A stretch of DNA of 33,660 nucleotides from contig JYFJ02004252.1 in assembly GCA_000934665.2 (NCBI GenBank), positions 1-33,660 of the forward strand. Direction: 5' to 3'. The position numbers were made by a program, and so were the translations under genes. Under the pieces are notes generated by a model. It was not told the DNA's origin. It saw only the letters and a program-made list of their open reading frames with translations, and ran no database searches. Shown piece after piece: positions 23,717 to 33,660 of this stretch; position 1 is the first letter of the stretch; each line of letters opens with the position of its first letter. The stretch comes from Catajapyx aquilonaris (taxonomy: Eukaryota).

Positions 23717-23888
23717 GCACAAAAGACGACAGCCGTTCGCTCGCTGTTGCATCGCAGTGTGTGTGAAACAGCCTCGTAAATATTCGCTCGCCAGGACGAT
23801 TTTGGCGCTAGTGATCCCTACTCGTTTTTACGCAAGCGCCCCGCTTTCGCAGCGCCTAGTTTACGTCGAGTTTGTGAAGCGGCCTTAA

Positions 23889-24700
23889 GATGCTGGTGTG
23901 CATTTGCCAATGCCACGGGACCCTTGAATCGCTGAAACGTTAGTGTAATGCTCATGATATTGCTCATGTTGAAGGTTTATTTCGGCTTCCAACAAAACTT
24001 TCCCACAACACACCTGCCTTGATTGAGTGCTACAGCATGGCAATATTGGGCAAAATCACACTCTGATCTGTTCTGTTGCTGAGCAAAGTAACCATTGAAC
24101 CATGACACTGACTAATACAGTCTGTCATTCTGTAGGCCTAATGAAGTGGTTTAGCCAAGTCTATGATGTCACAATTTCATTCTTTTCATGTACGACAGCG
24201 AACTCTAATGTCAAAGTATTTTTGTACAAGTTTCTTATAATATTTATCTGCAGCCTTCTGCTTAGCTGCACATATCCACTTCCCAACACTGATAATTCTT
24301 CCTCTTTTCAGATCATGAAGGTTCTGATGAGAACCTGCTCCTGTTTCTTTTGTTGGTGAAGGTTGCTCTGAAAGAAGACACAGCAATTTTCAGCAGCAGC
24401 AAGAAGGCTGCAGGATTTCACCCCAGCATTGTAGGAACTGATGAAAATGTCTTCGAGGAGAACACCAAATTCTGCCTCTACGTCGACAAGAAGAACGTAT
24501 TAACCTGTGTCGATGGGCTCACAGCCATCACCCTTTGGTTTGCAAGCTATTGGCTATTTGACATCAAATATTCGCGCAAGTCACACAAGACCCTGTGGCT
24601 ACTTCACAATTTTGTGTACAAGAAATGTTCTGGGAGAGCCCCACGTAGTGTAGTCAGTGTTTTCAATATTCATCTTCAAGTTCAGTATTGCGTTACTGTC
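23889..24700 (+). pseudogene. Copy 2 of the dispersed repeat, continuing into the last exon of an EnSpm-associated accessory gene
   Basis: Matches 6390-7064. The exon after 24311 encodes LYVD...AITLWFASYWLFDIKY....KTLWLL. Confidence 0.75.
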
Positions 24701-24729
24701 ATAAAATATTTGTTGATCATGGTGTATTG

Positions 24730-25335
24730 ATGCCTCGACGAGCTGCGTTACGATGTGGCAGCGTTGACCGCGGTGGTTCGGAAGCTGGCAGCCGGACACC
24801 GTCGGCCTACCAGAATCCGCCCTGCGGCACGTCCGAAGCCTTCGCCTGCCCCAGTCCGTGCTGCCGCCCAACAAGCAGCTGGTGACCAGACCATGTGCTG
24901 GTACCACGCAGAATTTGCGGAGAACGCCCGCAACTGCCGGCAGCCCTGCTCGTTCATGATGGGAAACGACAACTAGAGTTGGCGTCGGCGGCATCCAACT
25001 CATCACCCAGCCCTTGCAGCCGCCTCTTCATCCGCGACCCGCGTACCAAATACCACCTCCTCATCGACACGGGCGCTGCCCTGAGCATCCTTCCTGCTTC
25101 CTCTTCCGACCTGCCTAACCTTCAGCCCCTGGCGTTAGAAGCAGCGAACCAGAGCACAATTCAGACCTATGGGCAACCTGTTCCCTCGGACTACCCCGTA
25201 CCTTCCAATGACTTTTTACAATTGACAGCATACCCCTGCCCATCATCGGTGCCGACTTCCTGCAGCATTTCAACCAGGCTGTTGATCTCCGAGCCAGGAA
25301 GCTCGTCGACCTCAGCAAGCATGCATCTGTCATCG
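24730..25335 (+). pseudogene. Ty3/gypsy gag end plus protease fragment
   Basis: CWYHAEFAENARNCRQPCSF knuckle, GGGAAAC at 24961-24967, then LLIDTGAALSILP, AAN.S.I.TYG and PIIGADFL. Confidence 0.9.
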
Positions 25336-25961
25336 GCTGTCTCCGCCGGACCTCCGCCATCAACTTGATGCAAAAGATGGACTCGCCTGACCACGAGTCC
25401 CACCATCCCGAACCAGCCAGCCACGCCGAAGTGAGAGAGATCCCCAGAAGAAGAGTTCCAGAGCTCTCCGCCGCAAGCCAGCTCTATACCTCAAGAACCT
25501 GGTTGATAGCGTTCGGGCTCCCAAATGGAAAAGTCCCAAGAAAGAATGGCCCTCTCTTCAACGTGCGTGATCTGTCGCTGGTCTGTGCTCAACCTGGTCG
25601 TGTCAGTTCTGGACACAAACCGTCGCATCCCCCCAAATCGAAATCTCGCTCACCAACGCAGCCGACAGACCGGGTCTCCGGGAGCTCTGGGAATAAAGAG
25701 GGTATCTCGAGGAACTCCTGTTTCGAGTAGGCGCCGATGACCTGATGAGTCGACAATATCGGATAGGATTCTCCATGATGCACTTCATCGCTAATCACAT
25801 CGTCATTGTCGACATGAGATCAGATCGATGCTACCTGGCCCCGTACTCCACATTTCTATCACTAATAGACCTCATCCGAGGAAGGACGTCTGTGTGGCTC
25901 TACTCAACATTTGCCCGTGAGGTGAATCCGGCAGGGGATGGCGTGCCTGCCGGCTCACCAT

Positions 25962-27180
25962 AGTAGTAACGAGGTGAAGAGAACGGTTTGAGCAATGGTC
26001 GCGCGATTCGAACTCTGAACATCACTTCCGACCATGGCTGGCATTTCCTCAAAGGACGGCAATTCCACAGACTCCTACCACGCGTCGCATTCCCAGGACT
26101 ATTATGTCACCAACTGAACGTCACTTCCGCCCGTGGGTGGCATCTCCTCGGCGGTCGGAAACGGCAAACTCCACAGCCGACAGACGGCACCCTCACGTCT
26201 GCAGACCAGCAACCTCAACTGTTTTCTTTAGATAGAACGTCACCTTCAGCAAGAACAGGAAGGTGGAGGCGGGCAGCGCCGGTCAATTAACACCGCCACC
26301 CCGTAACCAACCACTCAAGAAAAGGAGACACGTGGCTACTATCCCGTCGTGAACAACTGTTTCGTCCAACTAACCGCGGGCGAGAAAGACCGACTACTAA
26401 TTCGGAGTCTTCCCCTTCCCTCTACTCCCACGAGACCCTCTCAAATGCCTGCACCTCCTTCTCCACATCCATCCACGTCACCCCGTTTCCTCAGCTTCAG
26501 CAGAATGAATGGGACTGTCACTTCTGCATGAGAAGACGGCGTACATGAGACGTCTAATGACCGAGGCCTGTGAAATATCCCTCAGAGTTGATCCTGCTCC
26601 AACTGGAGTCAACATGCTAGAGCGGGTGAGATCGGGGGTGGAGCGTATGTTAGCCTTCATTCGATCACGAATGGATATGGATGAGAGGGACTTGATTCAA
26701 TTGGAGTCCACTCGTGGAGGTGTGGGTACGGCAGAGACTGTTTTTATCGCGCCTCGGCGAGTCTCACGACTAGACGTTAATGCCATTATGCTCCAAATTG
26801 AGAATGCAGTGCAGTCTGATCGTGAAGCAAACATCATTTTTCCCGATGGAGGCATTATATCATATAAATGTGATCCATATCAATTCTGTGAGTGGTGCTG
26901 GACGTCGTAACTACGAAGCCTTCCGACAGATGTCTTTTGAGAGACGTTGTATAGAGCGAAGATCGGTAATTACCATGGATAATAAAAATGACAACTTATG
27001 ACTTCCGCGAGCCCTGGTTGTGGCGAAGGCTAAACAGGAAAAGAAAATGTCTGATAAGGAATTTACGAACTTCACAAGACCTTCCATCCATAAAGATGCC
27101 GCTCTGAGGCTTATGCTTGAAGCACACGTGAAGGAAGCAGAGGGAGGGTGTGGTGAAACAGTTTCAAAACCATTGTAATA
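25962..27180 (+). mobile_element. Polinton/Maverick terminal fragment with N-terminal region of protein-primed DNA polymerase B (pseudogene)
   Basis: Starts with AGTAGT, then about 500 bp non-coding, then IENAVQS, G.G, RSVITMDNKNDNL*LPRALVVAKA and GGCG. One frameshift and one stop. Confidence 0.7.
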
Positions 27181-27384
27181 TGTACAGGCTGTGTATTTTT
27201 TGTCATGAGACCCGCCAGGGGGTGTACAGGGGGACCCAGTCGACACCGTCCGAGCCTCGCATTTCCTTGTACCTCTACTGGTCGCACTAAGACCGACACT
27301 TTTGTCCTTGTTTTTCTCCCGCCTCCCTTTTCCTAGCTCATCATTATTGTTCAATTTGCATGCGGGGAACCCAGTCTAACCACA

Positions 27385-27570
27385 AATGTGCTGGATGGTG
27401 TAAAGGGCCTCTCCTCCATGCCCTGCAGCATCACCAGCAGGAGTATGCAGGTCTTGGCAAGTTTCTTTTTCAATCCTGCATATGTTCGTGAAACTGCAGC
27501 CCAGGACATCAACCCCCGAAACAGCAATCAGCACTTACTCTTCCATCAGCTCCATCTGGGAAGTGCTTAG
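27385..27570 (+). pseudogene. Short hAT-like transposase fragment
   Basis: FFNPAYV.....DINP.....L..HQLHLG resembles the segment at 19130-19230. Confidence 0.45.
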
Positions 27571-27619
27571 TATAAAAAACTAAGGACAAGCAAAGTCTGC
27601 AAGATTTTTTTTTTTTTTT

Positions 27620-28520
27620 TCAGGTGCCAGCAATTCTAAATTGAAGTTTACGAACAAATACAAAACAGGATGCCAATGAGAGAGGAGTTCCTGGAGAACC
27701 CTGCAGAAGTACTGGCAGCCCTGGAGAGGGACAACCACCATCTCATCCAGCACCAAAAACATGGCCACTACAAATTCATCTGCCACCAAGTAGGGCGGAT
27801 GTCCATAAATATCTGGACGAAATCAAATCAGCTGGATCCAGCAGCAGGATCATTTACAGTGCCTCCAGCCATACGGAAGGAAATTATTCACAGCCTCTAT
27901 GCGACGATGTTGAACTACACTTCGTAAGTGAATTTATGTTTGGAATGAGGGAATCTTTTGAAGTAAGCATACTAGTGGTAAAACACATAATGGTTTGTGT
28001 TTCTTTTGCAGTGTACCAAATCCTTTTCGATACGCTCAAGTAGCAACGGGCCTTGTGACAAATTATCCTGCGTTGCAGGATATTCGTTAATCTCAATCAA
28101 CCAGATGTAAGCCATATGTAAGCATTTACATGTTGTGTAATGGAAACACAGTGCACTCATTCGTTACTAGAATTAAGGTTTCATATCGTTTTGGGTTCAT
28201 ATTTGTCGATTTTCTATTTGGAACCGATATTGTTAAGAGCCGTGAAGTTTCTCTGCGGAATATTATTTACTGATGAAATGCAACCATTCAAACACATGCC
28301 ATGCATCTTGGAGCCGTTCACGTAGTATAAAATACAGATACGACCGGAGTCGCATACGGCATACCCCATTTCAAGAAGGAAACTGATCGGCAAAGAGAGT
28401 TCAAATGCAAGTCCCAGGACGAGTACTGCCTGCACCGTAATGCTGGAGGGGGAAGACGAAATTTCAATGCAGAGGCACAAAAAAAGAATTCCTAATGAGG
28501 AGCTAACCAATGAAATCAAC
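27620..28520 (+). pseudogene. Further EnSpm-associated accessory gene fragments
   Basis: RKEIIHSLY|...P....YAQVATGLVTNYPALQD across an intron, and LEGEDEISMQRH, similar to EGENEDSLKRH at about 20970. Confidence 0.55.
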
Positions 28521-29039
28521 GCATTAAGAAGTAATGTGCTGTATTTTTATGAGTTGTGATAATAATTCATCAAAATACCTTTGCAGGAAAGGTATACAGT
28601 AGCTCATCAGTGCATATTCAACAATAGCAGTTTCCCCAGTCTATCAGAACAATTGAATTTGAATTTTTTATTGACCATATGCAATTTCAAATGGTGTGTT
28701 CTTGATCAAGAGGATAGCTCATAAAATCTAGCAGGAATTCCTCTCATAACTATATTCATTCTGAGTGTGTGGGAAAAGGGTGGAGAAAACATATTGTCAA
28801 TCATTTCTATATATTATCCTCGGGATTGATCACAGGAACCTGAACAAATAGTTTTTCATTTTATAGCCGTCACACCATAATTGTATATAACGATGTTTCC
28901 AGAAGCCTCGCATATTGAATGCTGCCATAAAATTTAAATCTCGAGGTAGAAAAGTGTCCGACAACTGCTGCAAAAAAGGGTGATATTTGCAAGTGGTCTG
29001 CGAAGGGAATTTTATTTACAGAGGATATGACTAAACCTA

Positions 29040-29190
29040 TGTTACTTGTCCGTCAGCACTAACCTGAATGCAGAAAAGAAATTTGGAAATGCACAAAAAG
29101 ACCAAAGAAGGTATGCTCTTGCAAAGTTTGTCACAAAGGGTTTAACAGGTGGGGGAGATTTGTGACCCATTTTGAATACTCATAAGAGGG
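29040..29190 (+). mobile_element. Possible piggyBac 3' end
   Basis: Degenerate Cys-rich stretch, then TGACCC...AGAGGG followed by TTTAA (imperfect TTAA). Confidence 0.3.
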
Positions 29191-29410
29191 TTTAATTTTA
29201 TAGCAAGACCCTTGAAAGACGGGCGGAATAAAACACTTGAAAAAAAGCAACAACAATATTTTGCTTGTGGCCTGGGGTAGGCTTCCTATTCGGGGCACCA
29301 TATCGCTGGGGAGGGGAAGGTGTAGCCTGTAACGTTAGCCCATGATCCCAGTGTCAAATCTGAGGCCTTATCCCTGGCCAATAATTAGTATTTGACTTGC
29401 AGCACGACAA

Positions 29411-29950
29411 GTGTTAGAGACCCCTTCACTGACGGCCAACGTTTCTTTCTACAAATGTCTCCTGTCAACATACAACTTGACTATTCGGGACTGCTCCCCA
29501 GACGCAGAGAGCACTGGCTGCTACATATGGCACGAAGCAATCGGAAAAAGAGGGTCGGAAGAGATTGCTTCCAGCGTTTTAAAGAAACTTGAAAGCCTGC
29601 CCGAGTGTGTGACCCACGTCGTAACCTACTCCGATACATGCGGGGGTCAAAATAGTAACATCAACATGGCCTGCATGTTTTCGTTGTTTGTCAGCAAGAG
29701 CAGCCACGTTGATTGTGTAGATCAGACGTTTCTGTTGCCGGGACACACGCACCTCGAATGTGACGTAGATCATGCTCGTATTGAAAGGGCAAAAAAGACT
29801 TCTGAAATACCCATCATGGTGCCGCGGGACTGGTTCCAATTCGTCCGAACTGTAAGGGGCAAAAAGCCATTTCAGGTTCATGAAATGAGTCAGGAGGAGT
29901 TCATGTCATTTTCAAAAATTGCCCAGGAACAATTGACTCGGAGGACACAT
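29411..29950 (+). pseudogene. Sola1-type transposase catalytic fragment
   Basis: FYK..L..YNLTI, YIWHE..GKRGSEEIAS, YSDTCGGQN and FLLPGHTHLECDVDHARIE. Confidence 0.85.
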
Positions 29951-30159
29951 TCCATATTTTACACGGGTACTATGCGAAATTTCTTCACTTTTTCCCATAT
30001 TCAACTTAAGAAAGGCCACATTTGGCAAACTGATTGTGTCAGAAAGGGGGGGGGGGGATTGGTTCAAATAAATAATCAATAGTAGGCTGCAGTATTTTCG
30101 GCCCCGTAACAATGGCGCCCCAAGTAACAAAAAAGTCAATTGATCTGGACTAGGCCTAC

Positions 30160-30395
30160 ACATACCACTGGAGCAACTGATTCTCACTCCCCACAAAAGC
30201 CTCACATTATTACATTTTACAATAAGAGAAAAGGGTTGGCGTGGTTATTGTTAATCAAATACAAGCAAGCCCAAAGGACCAGTCGATGGCCGATGCCTCT
30301 ATTTCATCACCTGCTGAATGTCGTCGGAGTAAATTCTTGCATATAGTGTATAGCTTTTCACACAAATGGCGCATGAGAAGACGACTTTTCCTGGG
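30160..30395 (+). pseudogene. piggyBac transposase C-terminal fragment
   Basis: KPHIITFYNK.KG, RTSRWPMPLF..LLNV.GVNS.I and RRLFL. Confidence 0.8.
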
Positions 30396-30469
30396 GGGGG
30401 GGGGGAGGGACAATAATTATGATGACAATAGCCTACTCCAAAATAAAAGCTGTCAGCCCTCCTTCAAGT

Positions 30470-31050
30470 AGAAGAGACAACAATGCGTGTGCAAAGGGAA
30501 GAACTCACACTGACATCAAAGTATGGCTTCAATCAAAACAATAGACCACCTAGGCGAAACTGTCGCGTATCTAGATGAAAATCTGTGGTCTTGAAGAAAA
30601 TTAAAATTCATCGAACCAAGTGCACCGGTCTCATAAGGGAGTTCATAGCACCAGAACTCCACAAGGAACTAGTTGAGGACGTAGGAAATCAGCATTTCAA
30701 CTTGATCCTAGATTAATCGAACGACAATTCAGATGTCAAGTGTCTAGCGATAATGATAAAGTATTACTCGATCAAGAAAAGGACTACCGGCTAATTCCAT
30801 TGCCGGATGGATGTGGCACGGTAGGCATTGACGTCAGTCATCTTACAGGCTCTAGAAGAAAATAATCTCCATGTGGACGCTTCTGGGGATTGGTGTGGAC
30901 GGGGCTAGCGCAGTGGTCAGGAGTCATCATTCAGTAGCCACACTACTGCAGCAGCGAGTTCCTCACCTAGTTGCTATACGACGTATCTGCCACTCTCTTC
31001 ACCTGGCTGCAGGAAAAGCCTTCGATGAGCTACCGAAGCATCTTGAGTGA
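30470..31050 (+). pseudogene. Another hAT (ZNF862-like) transposase fragment, heavily degraded
   Basis: HRTKCTGLI...IAP, FNLILD*SND, GIGVDGASA and ICHSLHLAA.KA..ELP. Confidence 0.8.
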
Positions 31051-31793
31051 AAAGCAGAGTAATACTTGGGCCACAAGGAACAGGGCAAATTTTTCCACTG
31101 GCATTAAAATTGACGTATCGGGATCCAGTGAAACAGGCAGTAACAAGATATCAAACGTAAACTGCCGAATTTATGTGCGCACGAAAAGTTATGCAATTCA
31201 TCAAGAAATAAACACACAATTTGCAAATTCGACCAGTAATTAATTACGACCTCTAGCAACGATTAAGTTACTGCGCACATTTTTTTCCAGACGCTTACAG
31301 TTATACTGTATATTACGATGGACGTTTCATAATGTTATTAGCAGTCGATAAAATATGGGTTACACTGAAGGCACTATGAGTCACTACCATCAAGTCGCGC
31401 TCATCTGTTCCCTGATACTGTAGTTCTTGTAATTAAAGAGAAAGTGGCTGCTTGGAACTGCTTTCTATGCCTAATGCAATAAGTTACCATTTCCCTAATG
31501 TGCAGCAGCAGGCTCGGCTAAGTGGAAGTTCCAAAGGAGTTTCAAAGACAACCTCGCTCATTGCAGGAACGGAGTTACTGGAAAGCCACATGGTGGCTTC
31601 ATTGGCTTTTTGTACTACTCGGTACCTTGCCTTTCGGGTGTTCTGGCGGATCTTTGATAATGCAGTATAGTGGAAGCGGTAGCTGGAAAAACCTGGCATT
31701 TGATGATGAAAGTGTGCCACTTGGCATGATGCTTCCTAGGACCATAAGGAATGATTCCGGAAGTGGAACCGGAAATTTCGTCCATTAGGATTC

Positions 31794-32120
31794 AAGATGG
31801 CGGCCAATAATGAAAATGGCCTCCATTGTTACAAAATCGGTATTGTTCGCAGGAAATTGACGATTGAGGTGTCAATTCCTACCAATACGAAGTCGCTGAA
31901 CACGATTCTAATGTCAGAATACAGTTTGAACATGTTTGAAACCAATATGGCGGCCAATAATGGAAATAACCTCCATTGTTACAAGATAGGTATTTTTCGC
32001 AGGAAATTGACGATTAAGGAGTCGATTCCTAGCAATACGAAGTCGCTGAACTCGAATCTTATGTCAGAATACAGTTTGAACACGTTTGAAACCAATATGG
32101 CGGCCAATAATGGAAATAAT
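31794..32120. repeat. 150-bp tandem repeat, about 2.2 copies
   Basis: ATGGCGGCCAATAATG recurs at 31797, 31947 and 32097. Confidence 0.95.
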
Positions 32121-32124
32121 GGAA

Positions 32125-33486
32125 ATGGGGTCGTATGAAACAGACATACCAAGACTGTGAAGTGTATCGATCATTTTTCTGCTACGTACTTCACCGTAGA
32201 TTGAGAGTCCTACGTAAACAGGCAGGGGAGGTTCAAACGACCTGTCATGTCGCGCTGAATCAGATTCGGGGGCTTTTTCTTTCTTATGGAAATTAAACAT
32301 CATAAGTTGACTGAGAGTGAGTCCAGGCTTCGTTGGCTGTGCTCCTGTCCAAGATGAAGTTCCGTGCAGAATGCAATTTACGACTGCCAATAGTGCGGGA
32401 GGAATGCTTTGAAGTTGACAGTCCTCATCGAATTGTCCCTGGAAAGTTGCCTGTGTCCTGGACATTTGTTTCCTTAGATTTCTGATGAACCGGAGAAAAG
32501 CCACAGCATCACCGTCATAGTCCTCTGCATACACTTCCTTGTGAATGTATGCTGATTTCCTGACTAATACAAATTCTCTTCCGGACTTGATCTCCTGCAA
32601 ATCTTCAACATATGCAAGGATTTTCCCACGGAATCGTGAAGTTTGAGGAGGTGTGAGATTCTCCACCCTCTCACCAAGAAGTTCCGCCAATCTATCAAGG
32701 TACATGCGAATCAGTTCTGGCATTTTGAACATGTATTCAGTCGACTCACTCTCCAATTTTGCACTAATGTAACCAAGAAGATCGGCGACAGCGAGACCTT
32801 CACACATCGATCTCCCTGAATCAGGCACTGCATCTGATCCTCTACATCTGTTATAGAGACGTGTTAGACACTCTTTATGATACTTCGCTTCTTGGCTGAC
32901 AAGATCCCCCAGCACTGAGTGTTGCAAGAAGTTTAGAATCCTGCAAGATATTGGCGCAGGACTGCACATGGTGATAAATGTTGTCGGTGGAAGCATTATG
33001 AAGTGGTTTGTTCCACTGCTCTGTTTTGGAGCATAGGAAGCATATGCTATCCACAGTACGAGGCAAGGGCATTGACGACCGTGTCACACGGGCTGCCTGA
33101 GAAGAGGAGCCACCCGGACTTTCAGCTTCGTCCGTTACAGAGGCTTTCTTGAGGCGATCGAGCTTTTCCCCTTGGTACTTCACAATGCAGTACTTGTGGT
33201 ACTTTGCCTCATTGTTACAGAGGTTAGTGAAAAGGCAGCCCTCCTCTCCGAGACTCTCTATCATCTTATCAGAGGGAAGAGTGTGCCCGTACTTTCGCAA
33301 ATCCTCCAGGGCTCCAGACAAACTTCTGTATCCGGCACTCTGGGCCGTAGGATTGCGATTTTTGGCCGGACACATCAGGTTGTCCACTTCCATTGACTGA
33401 CACAGACAGCATTTCGACCAATCCACAGACCTGTTTGCAAGATTTTCAGGTACCGCCAACCGCAGCTTTTTTGGCGGGTTTGACAT
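32125..33486 (-). pseudogene. Academ-type transposase protein, N-terminal part, one frameshift near 32905
   Basis: DWSKCCLCQ, AKYHKYC, CFLC, GDL.SQEAKYHKECL, SQLMMFN, RH....EPPLPVYVGL and RSRKMIDTLHSLGMSVSYD, after which it is truncated. Confidence 0.7.
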
Positions 33487-33660
33487 TATGGATTATCCCT
33501 TCTCCACGATTTCTAAATACAAGAACAGAGACATTCGCCATCACAAGACATGCTCAGCAAGATATCTAATACATATTTCAAGACCTATATCTGTCTGTCT
33601 GTCTTTCTTTTGTGACCTAAACAGATCCATACGGAGGCCTCCACATATGCCCCAGGGGTA

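Larger units (their letters stand above)
22826..23885. mobile_element. Internally deleted PIF/Harbinger element, 1,060 bp
   Basis: 23-bp TIR AGGCCGCTTCACAAACTCGACGT at 22826-22848 and 23863-23885, TAA TSD, and an empty site at about 6375-6397. Confidence 0.95.
31737..33660 (-). mobile_element. Internally deleted Academ-like DNA transposon; other end lies outside the window
   Basis: N-terminal half of a large Academ-type protein fused directly to repeat-rich subterminal DNA. Candidate terminus TAGGACCATAAGGAATGA at 31737. Confidence 0.6.

Noticed and set aside
31797..32138. 113-aa repeat protein or CRISPR-like array
   Set aside because: It is a 150-bp tandem repeat without unique spacers, the frame is open because the period is a multiple of 3, and the context is eukaryotic with no cas genes.

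Overview
Eukaryotic, probably arthropod, DNA (inferred from the SINE type, short GT-AG introns and TE families). It holds no intact host gene. It is a dense patchwork of about 30 short (0.2-1.2 kb) transposon fragments from LINEs, Ty3/gypsy, CACTA/EnSpm, hAT, MULE, Sola, piggyBac, Harbinger, Academ, a Polinton/Maverick and a probable Dada element, plus a SPOP-like host-gene fragment. About 26 of 28 orientable pieces lie on the + strand, as expected for a uni-strand, flamenco-like piRNA cluster or other TE trap read from the - strand. One element looks intact: a 4,028-bp P-superfamily transposon (12745-16772) with perfect 32-bp TIRs, an 8-bp TSD and a predicted 3-exon, 917-aa THAP-DDE transposase. 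Also well delimited are a tRNA-derived SINE with a 14-bp TSD and a 1,060-bp internally deleted Harbinger whose empty site occurs elsewhere in the window. Family names come from recalled protein motifs, not database searches. Boundaries of degraded fragments are approximate.
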